From NCBI RefSeq assembly GCF_001642725.1, contig NZ_LSUQ01000012.1, forward strand, positions 1 to 58,168: a stretch of DNA of 58,168 bases, read 5' to 3'. The translations under genes were made by a program, and so were the position numbers. This stretch comes from Ferroacidibacillus organovorans (lineage in GTDB: Bacteria; Bacillota; Bacilli; Alicyclobacillales; SLC66). Of this stretch, positions 30,246 through 40,631 are shown one piece after another. Positions within the stretch are counted from its first letter, which is position 1. Every line of letters starts with the position of its first letter. The notes under the pieces were generated by a model. It was given only the letters and a program-made list of their open reading frames with translations. It was not told the DNA's origin and did no database searches.

Positions 30246-30854
30246 CTAGCGGCGCGGCAATACGGTAATCTCGTAACTCGGAATGCCAAGCGCGTCCTGC
30301 ACCGCATTCGTGATTTCTGCTTGCATTTGAATCGTATCTGCCGCTTTTGCGATCACAAACACACCTGAAATGTGCGGCATCTGTTCATCAATGATCACTG
30401 GCGTATTTCCGCCCGACGCGGTGGATGACATGACCAGTTGATTGGAATTTGTGATCGTGGTCGTCGAAGTCTGCGCGCCTGTTCCCTGCTGGGACGAGGT
30501 TTGCCGGCTTGTCGTGCTGTTCTGCCCATACTGCGCAATTGGCGTAGAGTCAACGGTCACCATCACAAGCGCGTTACTGATCCCTGAAATCTGGTCAATC
30601 ATGTGTGTGAGCTTCCCGTTTAAATAATTCTCGTACGAAACGATCGACCGCATGCCCGCATTGCCACCAAATGAGGTTCCGCTTGTCGCCGTCGTTTGCC
30701 CCACTGTCACCGCAGACACAGGTGTTGCACCGTTTCCCGGCGAGCCCCCGCTGCCTGTACCACCCGACGCGCCGAACGCCAGAAGGAGGAGTCCGATGGC
30801 CAAAAGTGCAACAAGCCATTTGTTGGCGAGCACGCGTCGCACGAGATCCTGCAC
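30246..30854 (-). CDS. spoIIIAG: stage III sporulation protein AG
   Basis: N-terminal TM, YENYL..ISGISNALVMVTVDS, PHISGVFVIAKAA, ITVLPRR. Confidence 0.88.
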   Translation of the reverse strand: MQDLVRRVLANKWLVALLAIGLLLLAFGASGGTGSGGSPGNGATPVSAVTVGQTTATSGTSFGGNAGMRSIVSYENYLNGKLTHMIDQISGISNALVMVTVDSTPIAQYGQNSTTSRQTSSQQGTGAQTSTTTITNSNQLVMSSTASGGNTPVIIDEQMPHISGVFVIAKAADTIQMQAEITNAVQDALGIPSYEITVLPRR

Positions 30855-30874
30855 AACCTCACCCCCACCTATCG

Positions 30875-31366
30875 TTATCCCTGAATGACTTGAACCGCGC
30901 TCGGGTTCAACCCTAATTGTGTTGCGATCTGTTGCGTCACCATGGCAGCCGTCTGTTTAGGCGAGGAGGATGGCCCCAAAAGTACGCGCACGCCTGTGAT
31001 TTGTGACGAATTGTCAACCTGATTGCCCGTCACCACGACGACGTCCTGTACATTCACAGAAAGACCAAGGGACAAGTCTTCTTTCAGCGTATGCGCGAGT
31101 TCGTTTGCGTAGGACGACGAAGTGGAATTTCCCATGGCCTGTGCGGTGAGTGTCGGACCAAACCACGTCGCGAGAAATTGGTTGTAGTTGCCGTGCGCGA
31201 GCATAAACGCGCGCAGTGGACTGAGAAGCATCAACGTGACGACGAGACCGAGCACCATTCTGGTAACGCGTTGCATCGCCCCGCTTGGGAGTACCCACTC
31301 AAGCACCGTGGCTAAAAGAATGGTCACAATCAGGTGCCTTATCCAATCAGATGCGGCAGGTAGCAT
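30875..31366 (-). CDS. spoIIIAF: stage III sporulation protein AF
   Basis: WIRHLIVTILLATVLEWVLPSGAMQRVTRMVLGL..LLSP. Confidence 0.88.
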   Translation of the reverse strand: MLPAASDWIRHLIVTILLATVLEWVLPSGAMQRVTRMVLGLVVTLMLLSPLRAFMLAHGNYNQFLATWFGPTLTAQAMGNSTSSSYANELAHTLKEDLSLGLSVNVQDVVVVTGNQVDNSSQITGVRVLLGPSSSPKQTAAMVTQQIATQLGLNPSAVQVIQG

Positions 31367-31372
31367 GCGCCA

Positions 31373-32635
31373 TCACCTCACAAACGCAGCGGTGTTCGTC
31401 GTCGAGATTGCGATGACAAGTGAGAAGAAAAACATCAGGCCAACGGCTGCCAACGCTGCGAATACGAGGGTCAAGCTTTTCCCCATTGTCGAGAGCAGCG
31501 AGATGATCGGCGTGTCGCCAAGCGGCTGCAAAAGGGCCGCAGACACGTTGTAAACGACCGATAACGCAAGAATCTTTAGGGCTGGAAACGCGCAAATGAG
31601 AAGCAGTACAACAGCACTTGCAATGCCCGTAGCATTCTTGACGAGGATGGACGCACCGGCAATCGATTCGCTCGCGTCAGAGAGCGCCTTCCCGACGATC
31701 GGGATCAGATTGCTCGCGACATACTTTGCGCCGCGCAGCGAAATGCCATCGGCGACGCCTGCCAGTTGTCCCTGTACAGCCATAATGCCAAGAAATGCGC
31801 TGAGCCCCACACCAAGGATGGTGAGTGCGGTCGTCCGCAAAAAGCCGGCGAGTTCGGACACCCTGTATTGCTTTGACAAGACACTGATGATCGAGAGCAC
31901 CGTCGTGAACAAAATGAGCGGCATCACAAGGTGTTGAACGATGACACTCATCGTATTGACAATGAAGAGGATGAGCGGATGAAACGCGGCGGCCGATGTG
32001 AGTCCTCCCGATGCCACGATCAGCGAAAGGAGGACGGGGAGAGACCCGTACATCACTGATGTCATCGTTCCAATCGCCTGATTGGCGTCAGCGGTCGCGA
32101 TGTGAAACGAAGAGAGCGCGATCACAAAGAGCACGAGATAAACTGCGTAAAATGCGATTTTGCTCACCGATTCATTCGCGAATGCAGACTGCATCGTCTC
32201 AAGGATCGTTGCGAGAACTGTCAATATGACGATCGAGCCGATCAGGCGTGCATCCGAGAATAGCGCGTTAAAAAAGTAACGAAAGAGCCCTTGAAGCTGG
32301 CTGATCACTGGAAAGGATGTCGATCCGGGTGAAAACGATGAGACCAACTGTCCCTGTGAAATGCCTGGAATATACCCGTTGTAATCGACGCCAAGCTTAT
32401 TCCACGCGGACGTGAGCGCAGTGGTCTGCGTATTTGTCTCAAGCAGCTTCGCGTCAAGACTTGCAGATGGAATCGCCTGTGAGGATGAACTCACAAGCGC
32501 GGCGGGCGGCGGCGGACCGGAGACGCCATACGCCTGCCCTGCCGCGTGCGCTGGCAATGCGACAAGAAACCAGCCGAAAAAAATGACGGTCAACAAACTC
32601 CTGACAACCATACGCCGCAAGCGTTTGGCTCTCAT
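31373..32635 (-). CDS. spoIIIAE: stage III sporulation protein AE
   Basis: Polytopic; SAAAFHP, IPIVGKALSDA, CAFPALKI, LQPLG. Confidence 0.95.
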   Translation of the reverse strand: MRAKRLRRMVVRSLLTVIFFGWFLVALPAHAAGQAYGVSGPPPPAALVSSSSQAIPSASLDAKLLETNTQTTALTSAWNKLGVDYNGYIPGISQGQLVSSFSPGSTSFPVISQLQGLFRYFFNALFSDARLIGSIVILTVLATILETMQSAFANESVSKIAFYAVYLVLFVIALSSFHIATADANQAIGTMTSVMYGSLPVLLSLIVASGGLTSAAAFHPLILFIVNTMSVIVQHLVMPLILFTTVLSIISVLSKQYRVSELAGFLRTTALTILGVGLSAFLGIMAVQGQLAGVADGISLRGAKYVASNLIPIVGKALSDASESIAGASILVKNATGIASAVVLLLICAFPALKILALSVVYNVSAALLQPLGDTPIISLLSTMGKSLTLVFAALAAVGLMFFFSLVIAISTTNTAAFVR

Positions 32636-32677
32636 CGCTTCACCTCCTTGCGTGGCGTATTGATTTCCATCTGACCA

Positions 32678-33064
32678 TTACGGCAACAAATGGGTGACAG
32701 CGTCGATCACAGCGTTCACAATCGGAAGCGCCAGCAGGATGATCAACAGCTTTCCAACCAGTTCAACCTTTGACGCGATGCTGCCGACGCCCGCGTCACG
32801 TGCGATCTGCGCGCCAAACTCGACAACATAGGCGATGCCGATGATCTTTAAAACTGTCGAAAAAAATACGAGATTGACATTGGCGCTTGCGGCTAATTTC
32901 TCAAGCGGTGCAAGTACACCCGTCACCTGGTGAAGCGCCACAATGAAAAGCAAAACGGCGATCACAAGTGACAAGAGGAAGGCGACCTGCGGCGCGATTT
33001 CTCGCAACACCATGATGAGAAACGCACCCACTACGGCGAAGAGAACAATAGGTAAAATGGTCAT
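32678..33064 (-). CDS. spoIIIAD: stage III sporulation protein AD
   Basis: LKIIGIAYVVEFGAQIARDAG..IASKVELVGK. Confidence 0.95.
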   Translation of the reverse strand: MTILPIVLFAVVGAFLIMVLREIAPQVAFLLSLVIAVLLFIVALHQVTGVLAPLEKLAASANVNLVFFSTVLKIIGIAYVVEFGAQIARDAGVGSIASKVELVGKLLIILLALPIVNAVIDAVTHLLP

Positions 33065-33070
33065 CGCAAC

Positions 33071-33274
33071 TTATTGGGTAAAAAACACAGCGCGAATTTG
33101 TGAGAACAGCGAGCTGATATGTGTAACGACGACGGCTGTCACAAGAAGGAGCGATGTGATGGTGACCATCGTCGCAATCTCATCACGCCCGGACTGTTTG
33201 AGGAGCGTTCCAAGAATCGCCGCTGCGATCCCGATGACCGCGATCTGAAACAGCAATTGTAGATCAAGACCCAT
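33071..33274 (-). CDS. spoIIIAC: stage III sporulation protein AC
   Basis: MGLDLQLLFQIAVIGI..LKQSGRDE..F. Confidence 0.92.
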   Translation of the reverse strand: MGLDLQLLFQIAVIGIAAAILGTLLKQSGRDEIATMVTITSLLLVTAVVVTHISSLFSQIRAVFFTQ

Positions 33275-33303
33275 GTGTGTGGTCCTCCTTATGTGCAAAA
33301 CGC

Positions 33304-33834
33304 TCAGATCAGCAAGATGACCACGACGACGCCCGCCAAAATACCGAGTGTTCGATAGACGCGCGCAAACCGATCGCGCACCGCAAGTGCTTCCCGCTCA
33401 CGCGCCTCAAGCATGGCGATCGAAGCCTGTAAAGATGCCACTTGGTCACTCGCACCAGTCGCGCCCAGTGACTGCGCGAGATCGAGGATCACCTGCGCAT
33501 CTTCCATTTCCATAGAACACGCGTGGCGATGCTTGTGAACTGCGGCGACCAGACTATCGACAGCCGTGCTCCCTGGCTTTGTGAGCGTTTCGGCCGCATC
33601 CTGAAACAGTTGCCCGACAGGTGTGCCGCGCGCAGCCGTTGCCGCCCGTGTGAGTGCGTCGCGAAGTGGAGCGCGCCGAAACCCGATCTCTGTTTGGAGT
33701 ACGCGCAAACTTGAGCAAAGCCTGCGCAGATTGGTAGGACGATCGCGGATGCGATTGGCGAGCGCCTGTCCGATCAGGGTTGTCGCAGCAAGTACTGCTG
33801 CGCTTCCCACCCACTGCTCGATGGAGATGCCCAT
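33304..33834 (-). CDS. spoIIIAB: stage III sporulation protein AB
   Basis: RP..LR.L...L..LQTEI, YRTLGILAG; operon position. Confidence 0.9.
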   Translation of the reverse strand: MGISIEQWVGSAAVLAATTLIGQALANRIRDRPTNLRRLCSSLRVLQTEIGFRRAPLRDALTRAATAARGTPVGQLFQDAAETLTKPGSTAVDSLVAAVHKHRHACSMEMEDAQVILDLAQSLGATGASDQVASLQASIAMLEAREREALAVRDRFARVYRTLGILAGVVVVILLI

Positions 33835-34781
33835 CCTGTCACCTCGCGAAGGGTTTCATCATAGACGTTTTGTATCGCAAATTCGCTGCCCGATCTACCG
33901 ATCAAGATGAATCGTTCCACGGCGCCAGACGCCCTCAGATCCGCGAGCAGATGGCGGATGCGCACGTCTGCTAGTGATCCTCCGTGAATCGAGCCGATAA
34001 ACGACACGCCTGCGCGCGTTACGTCGGCAACCGCTCCCGCGTCACCCGCATCGCCAATCTCATCCGTGATGATCACATCAGGTGACATCGCGCGCAGCAT
34101 CATCGACATGCCAGCGATCTTTGGAGCGGCGTCAAGCACATCTGTGGATATCCCCACATCAAACTGTGGTACGCCCTCGTGACACGCGGCGATTTCAGAC
34201 CGTTCATCAACGATTGCCACGCGTAAGCGCGGTAGTCGGCGGTCAAACGAACCGCTGCCAATCGTTCTTGCCAAATCCCGCAAAAGCGTTGTCTTACCAG
34301 TGCGTGGAGGTCCCACAATCAGCGCTGAGCGAATTCCACTGCCTTGTGGTTTTACAAGAATAGGCGCGAGTCGGCGCGAAAAATTCAGCACAGCGCGCGC
34401 AAGGCGGATGTTGCACGATCCGATTTGTGTCATCGTTTCAATTTGCGCCTGTGCACTCTGAGAGACGTGTCCCGCGAGTCCTACGCGGTGCCCCCCCGGA
34501 AGGGTGATATACCCTCGTCGCAACTCCGCCTCAACGGCATAGAGTGAAGAACCTGTGATCGCCTGAACCACATGTGAAATCTGTGCGCGTGTCACCTTTT
34601 TGAGAAGCATTTGCTCGATGCCACTCACTTCAAGGGGGCGTTCCGCGCGCAGGCGAATCTCTTCCATTCCTTCACGAATCGCCGATGGAAGGCGCATAAG
34701 TTCGTCAGCAATGTCCTGCGGAAGCCACGGTAAGACGCTGCGCAGCGCGTGATCACGGCATTCTATCGATGGGTGAGGCAA
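33774..34781 (-). CDS. spoIIIAA: stage III sporulation protein AA (ATPase)
   Basis: EEIRLR, GYITLPGGHRVG, GPPRTGKTTLLRD, VDERSEIA, RAMSPDVIITDEIG. Start TTG 34781 after GGGGGG. Confidence 0.95.
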   Translation of the reverse strand: MPHPSIECRDHALRSVLPWLPQDIADELMRLPSAIREGMEEIRLRAERPLEVSGIEQMLLKKVTRAQISHVVQAITGSSLYAVEAELRRGYITLPGGHRVGLAGHVSQSAQAQIETMTQIGSCNIRLARAVLNFSRRLAPILVKPQGSGIRSALIVGPPRTGKTTLLRDLARTIGSGSFDRRLPRLRVAIVDERSEIAACHEGVPQFDVGISTDVLDAAPKIAGMSMMLRAMSPDVIITDEIGDAGDAGAVADVTRAGVSFIGSIHGGSLADVRIRHLLADLRASGAVERFILIGRSGSEFAIQNVYDETLREVTGWASPSSSGWEAQQYLLRQP

Positions 34782-34813
34782 GGTTTTTCCCCCCATCTCT
34801 CGAAGGTTAGTCC

Positions 34814-34843
34814 ATGTATATGGGACAGGTTGAAGGTTTATAC
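34814..34843 (-). promoter_or_regulatory. SigE-like promoter of spoIIIA
   Basis: GTATAAA-N14-CATATACAT. Confidence 0.65.
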
Positions 34844-34953
34844 CAATCGAATCTTTCACTGCTAGACTCGCCAAGCGCTGGTCTTTTGCCTGAGACGCTT
34901 GTAGCGCACATGCATATCATGAGGGGAACGCGTGGTGTGAAGGAGAGTTATCA

Positions 34954-35082
34954 ATGGGCTCTGGGGTGGCAACAATTACGAAATGGATTGTCGTATTTCT
35001 GGTTATTTTTCTACTCTGCATGATTCTCGTACTCAGTTTTTTTAAACCTGCGGCAAAATCACAAGGTGTGATCACGGCGTAA
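34954..35082 (+). CDS. 42-aa single-TM microprotein (below the ORF-track cutoff)
   Basis: AAGGAGAG RBS. MGSGVATITKWIVVFLVIFLLCMILVLSFFKPAAKSQGVITA. Stop abuts a terminator. Confidence 0.7.
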   Translation: MGSGVATITKWIVVFLVIFLLCMILVLSFFKPAAKSQGVITA

Positions 35083-35110
35083 AAAAGGCGCCCCACAGGA
35101 CGCCTTTTCA
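35081..35110. terminator. bidirectional terminator (efp / microprotein)
   Basis: AAAAAAGGCG..CGCCTTTT with A/T tracts on both sides. Confidence 0.8.
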
Positions 35111-35143
35111 CGTTTCAACCACACTAGACTGCACGCAATACGT

Positions 35144-35701
35144 TTACGCGCGAGAGATATACTGACCCGATCGCGTGTCGATCAAGAGACGATCCCCTTG
35201 ATTGATAAAGAAAGGCACGTTAACCGTATATCCTGTTTCAAGTTTTGCCGGCTTGCTTCCACCTGTCGCCGTATCGCCGCGAATTCCCGGTTCAGTTTCG
35301 ACGACTTCTAATTCTACCGTGTTTGGCAAATCGCATCCGATCGCTTGTCCATCGTATAGAACGACAACGCAAACCATGTTTTCTTTAAGGAAGTTAATCT
35401 CGTATTCAAGCATCTCCCGCGAAAGGTTCAACTGTTCAAACGTCTCATTATCCATGAACGTATAGTTGTCCCCATCAGAGTAGAGGTATTGCATCTGGCG
35501 ATTCTCAATCCGCGCGCGCGCAACTTTTTCACCCGCGCGAAACGTGGTTTCTTTTACGCCGCCTGTGCGGATGTTTTTTAGTTTCGTGCGGACAAATGCC
35601 GCGCCTTTACCTGGCTTTACGTGCATAAATTCAATGACGCGCCAAATCTGGCCGTCGTATTCAATGGTTGTTCCGGTGCGAAAGTCATTGCTTGAAATCA
35701 T
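35144..35701 (-). CDS. efp: elongation factor P
   Basis: [24 protein letters not shown]. Confidence 0.98.
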   Translation of the reverse strand: MISSNDFRTGTTIEYDGQIWRVIEFMHVKPGKGAAFVRTKLKNIRTGGVKETTFRAGEKVARARIENRQMQYLYSDGDNYTFMDNETFEQLNLSREMLEYEINFLKENMVCVVVLYDGQAIGCDLPNTVELEVVETEPGIRGDTATGGSKPAKLETGYTVNVPFFINQGDRLLIDTRSGQYISRA

Positions 35702-35749
35702 CGCAAAACCCATTCCTTCCTGTATAAATCAAGTGGAGACACTTCACGT

Positions 35750-36187
35750 TCAAACGCCGAGACGAGTTGCCAGTGCGCGCAAAGCGAGTTCATAGCCGAT
35801 CATTCCGAGTCCCGCGATTTGCCCCACGCAGACCGGTGCAATCAAGGACGTACTGCGAAACGCTTCACGCGCATGAATGTTTGACAGATGCACCTCAATC
35901 GTCGGTAGGTTGATCGCGGCGATTGCATCGCGAATCGCATAACTGGAGTGTGTATACGCGCCTGGATTGATGATCACGCCAGAGCATGTCAATCGCGCAT
36001 TGTGGAGCGCGTCGATCAGTGCCCCTTCGCTGTTTGACTGGAAGGATGACACACGCACAGCGAGAGATTCTGCCAGCGCATACAACTTGACGTCAAGATC
36101 AGCGAGCGTTTCACGACCATAAACTTCAGGCTCTCGCATTCCGAGCAAATTCAGGTTAGGCCCGTGCAAGACAAGAATGTGTTGCAT
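35750..36187 (-). CDS. aroQ: type II 3-dehydroquinate dehydratase
   Basis: [32 protein letters not shown]. Confidence 0.97.
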   Translation of the reverse strand: MQHILVLHGPNLNLLGMREPEVYGRETLADLDVKLYALAESLAVRVSSFQSNSEGALIDALHNARLTCSGVIINPGAYTHSSYAIRDAIAAINLPTIEVHLSNIHAREAFRSTSLIAPVCVGQIAGLGMIGYELALRALATRLGV

Positions 36188-36220
36188 GCTAGACCTCCCC
36201 GTAAGTCTCGAATGATTGTA

Positions 36221-37696
36221 TCACAGAACCGTCGGTTTCCGATACCGAAGCACAGGCGCACGCGCTGCCTGGGTCTCGTCCAATCGATTGATCACGGTTT
36301 GGTGCGGTGCGTTCTTTACAATTTCCGGTGTCTCTTCTGCCTCTTTTGCAATTTGCAGCATCACTTCAACGAATGCATCAAGCGTCTCTTTGCTTTCCGT
36401 TTCAGTCGGTTCGATCATCATCGCTTCCTCAACGTTAAGCGGAAAATAGATCGTCGGCGGATGGTATCCGAAATCGAGAATCCGTTTGGCGACATCAAGC
36501 GTTTTGACACCGTTTTTCTTTAAGGTGCGTCCGGAGAGCACAAATTCGTGTTTGCAGATGCGTTCAAACGCCACATCATACGCTTCGGAAAGTCGTTTCA
36601 TCAGATAGTTCGCATTTAACACCGCATCTTCAGAAACGCGTTTGAGTCCAACGGGTCCCATCGTGAGAATGTACGCATAGGCGCGTACGAGAATGCCAAA
36701 ATTTCCATAGAAGCCTTTGACCTTGCCAATTGACGCTTTGGCGTCAAACGAAAGATCGTAAAGGTTATCTTCACGAAGTACAATGCGCGGCACAGGAAGA
36801 TAAGGAATCAAGTCGCGCTTGACACCGACAGGCCCCGCGCCTGGTCCACCGCCGCCGTGTGGCGTCGTAAACGTTTTGTGAAGATTGAGATGAACGACAT
36901 CAAACCCCATATCGCCAGGTCTGGTCTGCCCGAGAATCGCATTCGCGTTCGCACCGTCGTAATAAAGCAGGCCACCTGCGCGATGAACGAGATCTGCGAT
37001 CTCCACAATGTCTTCCTCAAATAATCCAAGCGTGCTCGGATTTGTCAACATCAGCGCCGCCGTATCGTTCCCAAGGGCATCGCGCAGCGCCTCGAGGTCG
37101 ACGCCTCCGCGCTCATTGGACGGGATCGTAATGGTCGTAAATCCGGCCACTGCCGCGCTTGCCGGATTTGTCCCGTGCGCCGAATCGGGCACAATGACAC
37201 GCGTGCGTTTTTCACCCCGCGCCTCGTGATACGCGCGGATCATCATGAGACCGGTCCACTCACCCGCCGCACCGGCTGCCGGTTGAAGGCTGACTGCGTC
37301 CATCCCTGTTATTTCAGAGAGGTGATTTTGAAGTCGGTAAAGAAGGGTAAGCGCCCCTTGCACCGTCTCTGTCGGTTGGAGCGGATGGATCTGCGAAAAT
37401 CCTGTCAGTCGCGCCGCCAGTTCGTTTCGCTTCGGATTGTATTTCATCGTGCAGGACCCGAGCGGGTAGAATCCAGAGTCTACGCCGTGATTGCGTGTCG
37501 AGAGCCCTGTATAGTGTCGAACCAGATCAACCTCACTGATCTCAGGGAGTGCCGCCATTTCCTTTCGTTGGTAGCCGTCCGGAACCACGGTAGACAATTC
37601 AACATCTGGCACATCAAGCACGGGTAGGCTGTACGCTTTGCGGCCTGGTTTGCTTCGCTCAAAAATAAGCGGAAAGTTTTCTGCCTGTCGACTCAC
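36221..37696 (-). CDS. gcvPB: glycine dehydrogenase subunit 2
   Basis: [37 protein letters not shown]. Confidence 0.98.
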   Translation of the reverse strand: MSRQAENFPLIFERSKPGRKAYSLPVLDVPDVELSTVVPDGYQRKEMAALPEISEVDLVRHYTGLSTRNHGVDSGFYPLGSCTMKYNPKRNELAARLTGFSQIHPLQPTETVQGALTLLYRLQNHLSEITGMDAVSLQPAAGAAGEWTGLMMIRAYHEARGEKRTRVIVPDSAHGTNPASAAVAGFTTITIPSNERGGVDLEALRDALGNDTAALMLTNPSTLGLFEEDIVEIADLVHRAGGLLYYDGANANAILGQTRPGDMGFDVVHLNLHKTFTTPHGGGGPGAGPVGVKRDLIPYLPVPRIVLREDNLYDLSFDAKASIGKVKGFYGNFGILVRAYAYILTMGPVGLKRVSEDAVLNANYLMKRLSEAYDVAFERICKHEFVLSGRTLKKNGVKTLDVAKRILDFGYHPPTIYFPLNVEEAMMIEPTETESKETLDAFVEVMLQIAKEAEETPEIVKNAPHQTVINRLDETQAARAPVLRYRKPTVL

Positions 37697-39051
37697 AACA
37701 ATCCCTCCAATCGGTTCGCCACTTCGTCAATCGCGCTTTTGGCGTGAACTTCTGTCACAGCCAGAAGTACTGCATTTTCATAGCGCGACCCTAAACTGCG
37801 AAGAGGAACGCCGAAAAAGATGTTGTCTTTTTTGAGCGTGTCGAGTATTTGCTCTGAGCGAGGTCCAAGATCAAGCACAAATTCGTGGAAAAAAGCTGCC
37901 TGATGAACCGCTTTCGCACCAGCTTTTATAAAGCAGTCTCGCGCATAGTGTGCCTTCGCCAGACACTGCTTCGCGACATCATACAGTCCATCTGGTCCCA
38001 TATAGCTTAAATACACCGATGCGGCCAATGCATTGAGCGCTTGATTGGAGCAGATGTTTGAGGAGGCCTTCTCGCGCCGGATATGCTGTTCGCGCGCCTG
38101 AAGTGTGAGTACAAAGCCGCGCCGGCCTTCACGATCGACCGTCTGTCCGGCAATTCTCCCCGGCAGTTTGCGCAAGAGTGCTTCTTTGACGGTGATGATG
38201 CCGAGATAGGGACCGCCAAAAGACAGCGAATTCCCGAGTGGCTGCCCTTCTGCAACGACAATATCCGCGCCAAGCGCCCCAGGTGACTCCAGAAGTCCAA
38301 GCGCGATTGGGTTTGTCGATACGATCACGAGCACCTTTTTTTCGTGAGCCAATTCACAAACAGCGCGCACGTCTTCGATCGTGCCAAAAAAGTTAGGATA
38401 TTGAAGGACGACCGCCGCGACATCGTCTTGCAGTTTTGCCACAAGCTCAGTGTGATCTGTAACGCCATCAATCTCTGCGATGGTATCCGTTTCCACATGC
38501 TGCCCGCGCGCATACGTATCAAGCACTGCGCGATAATCCGGGTTGACCGTAGCACTCACGAGTACGCGATTGCGTCTTGTGTGTGAGCAAGCCATCATCG
38601 CCGCTTCGCCGATCGCAGTCGCACCGTCATAGAGTGAGGCGTTTGACACGTCAAGACCGGTCAATTCTGCCATAAGCGTCTGATATTCAAAGATGGCCTG
38701 TAGAATTCCCTGACTGATTTCCGGTTGATAGGGCGTATAGGCTGTATAAAATTCTGAGCGGCTGATCATTGCATCGACGACGCTTGGAATCACATGCTGG
38801 TAAGCGCCTGCACCGAGAAACGATATTGCATCCTCCAGTGAAACATTTTGGCGGGCAAGCCGTTTGAGTTCGTTCATCATTTCATACTCGCTCATGGCGT
38901 CTGGAAGATTGAGTAACCCCTTAAAGCGAACCGCATCTGGAATATCTGAAAAGAGCGCGTCAAGCGAATCGACGCCGATCGTCGCTAGCATCTCGCGGCG
39001 ATCCTGTTCCGTGTTTGGAATATAGCTAAATGATTGCATATCCATCTCCAT
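37693..39051 (-). CDS. gcvPA: glycine dehydrogenase subunit 1
   Basis: [39 protein letters not shown]. Confidence 0.98.
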   Translation of the reverse strand: MEMDMQSFSYIPNTEQDRREMLATIGVDSLDALFSDIPDAVRFKGLLNLPDAMSEYEMMNELKRLARQNVSLEDAISFLGAGAYQHVIPSVVDAMISRSEFYTAYTPYQPEISQGILQAIFEYQTLMAELTGLDVSNASLYDGATAIGEAAMMACSHTRRNRVLVSATVNPDYRAVLDTYARGQHVETDTIAEIDGVTDHTELVAKLQDDVAAVVLQYPNFFGTIEDVRAVCELAHEKKVLVIVSTNPIALGLLESPGALGADIVVAEGQPLGNSLSFGGPYLGIITVKEALLRKLPGRIAGQTVDREGRRGFVLTLQAREQHIRREKASSNICSNQALNALAASVYLSYMGPDGLYDVAKQCLAKAHYARDCFIKAGAKAVHQAAFFHEFVLDLGPRSEQILDTLKKDNIFFGVPLRSLGSRYENAVLLAVTEVHAKSAIDEVANRLEGLL

Positions 39052-39072
39052 CCTGCTTTACAATTTTCTGCA

Positions 39073-40173
39073 CTACGAAATGGTTTTTGGTCGGCGATAA
39101 AAAGGTGTCTTCACAAAAACGGCCTGCAAACGCTTCCCGCGAACATCGATTTCACATGTTCGTCCCACTTCGGCAAAGCGCGCATCGATGAGCGCGAGAC
39201 CGATGCTTTTTTGAAGCGTAGGCGAGAATGTGCCTGAGGTGACGAAACCAATTCGCTCCCCTTCAAAAAATACGTCACAATCGGCGCGGGCAATCCCCCG
39301 CTCCGTCAGTTCAAAGCCGACCAGTTTACGCGCGACACCCTTTTCGCGCTCAGCGAGAAGTGCATCACGTCCCACAAACGTTTCCTTATCCAGTTTGACA
39401 AATGGGGACAGCCCAGCCTCCAGCGGCGAAATGTCGTCTCCCAGTTCATGTCCATAGAGTGGCAAACGTGCTTCTAAGCGAAGTGTATCGCGCGCGCCGA
39501 GTCCGACAGGGATAACGGGATATTCCTTCTGTTCCAAAATGGCGCTCATCAACGCCTGCGCGTCACGATGATGAACGTAAAGTTCAAACCCGTCTTCCCC
39601 AGTGTACCCCGTCCGCGATACCAGGCACGAAATTCCGAAAACCGAGACGTTCTGTAAAAAGTGGTAATAGGGAATGGACCTGACCGATTGATCTGCAACT
39701 GTCTCAAGGAAGTCGACCGCCTGAGGTCCCTGAAGTGCGAGAAGAGCCAACTCTTTTGAGCGATCCTTGATTACAGCATTTGGTTCGCACGCTCGAAAAT
39801 GGTTAAAATCCTTTTCAATGTTTGCCGCATTGACGACAACCATGAAGTGATCCTCGGCGAGTCGATAGACGAGGACATCGTCCACCGTTCCGCCGTTTTC
39901 ATGGCACACAGGTGAATAGAGCGCCTGCCCAATTTGAAGGCGCGTCACGTCATTCGTAATGAGCCGATTGATCGCTGACTCCGCATTTTCACCTGAAAAC
40001 TCAAACTCACCCATATGGGAAACATCAAACAGTCCGACCCGCGTGCGCACAGCGATGTGTTCTTGAAGGATGCCATCGCGATACTGAACAGGCATATCCC
40101 ACCCGCCGAATGGCACTGTTTTTCCGCCATAGCGATCATACAAAGGAAAGAGTGGTGTGCGTTTTAATGTCAA
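39073..40173 (-). CDS. gcvT: glycine cleavage aminomethyltransferase T
   Basis: LKRTPL, FDVSHMGE, SRTGYTGEDGFE, GLGARDTLRLEA. Confidence 0.98.
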   Translation of the reverse strand: MTLKRTPLFPLYDRYGGKTVPFGGWDMPVQYRDGILQEHIAVRTRVGLFDVSHMGEFEFSGENAESAINRLITNDVTRLQIGQALYSPVCHENGGTVDDVLVYRLAEDHFMVVVNAANIEKDFNHFRACEPNAVIKDRSKELALLALQGPQAVDFLETVADQSVRSIPYYHFLQNVSVFGISCLVSRTGYTGEDGFELYVHHRDAQALMSAILEQKEYPVIPVGLGARDTLRLEARLPLYGHELGDDISPLEAGLSPFVKLDKETFVGRDALLAEREKGVARKLVGFELTERGIARADCDVFFEGERIGFVTSGTFSPTLQKSIGLALIDARFAEVGRTCEIDVRGKRLQAVFVKTPFYRRPKTIS

Positions 40174-40235
40174 GAAGCATTCCCCTCTCAAGGATCATCG
40201 TACTGTAGAGCGTGCTGCGTATGGCACTAAAATGC

Positions 40236-40268
40236 AAAAAGAAGACACCGAATAAGCTCGGGTCTTCT
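40236..40268 (-). terminator. riboswitch expression-platform terminator
   Basis: GAAGACCCGAGCTTATTCGGTGTCTTC-TTTTT directly after the second aptamer. Confidence 0.8.
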
Positions 40269-40462
40269 CTGTCCTCTAACCTGAGAGTTCGGCTGCTTTC
40301 GCAGTGTTCCCCGTGGGTGGTCGACAAAGCGTCGACACTCTCCAGAGTGGCGTCCCACCGCGGTACTTTATACCTGAGAGATTCCGGTTAGGGACCGCTC
40401 CCCTTCCCTTGCTCCTTCGGCGGCGCAGTGTTTGCGCACTCTCCCACGATGTTCATTCGCTC
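40266..40462 (-). ncRNA. tandem glycine riboswitch
   Basis: Aptamer 1: GGGAGAG..CGCCGAAGGAGCAA..AATCTCTCAGG. Aptamer 2: CTCTGGAGAG..CACCCACGGGG..AACTCTCAGG..GGACAGAG. Upstream of gcvT. Confidence 0.93.
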
Positions 40463-40631
40463 ATGACACTATGACAATGTACTTGTAGTATACGCGGATG
40501 CGTAAATGATTTCTAGTCTTGCTGGGTAATCTATGCGGTGTTGCAGCAAAACAGCCATGACGCATCTCTCTTTCCATCACAGCTAAAATGCAGATGCAGG
40601 CACAATCATCATCAAATTGTGGAGGTGCCGT

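Noticed and set aside
34917..35111. 64-aa minus-strand ORF between efp and spoIIIAA
   Set aside because: Starts within the terminator and has no RBS; the + strand 42-aa ORF has much better signals.
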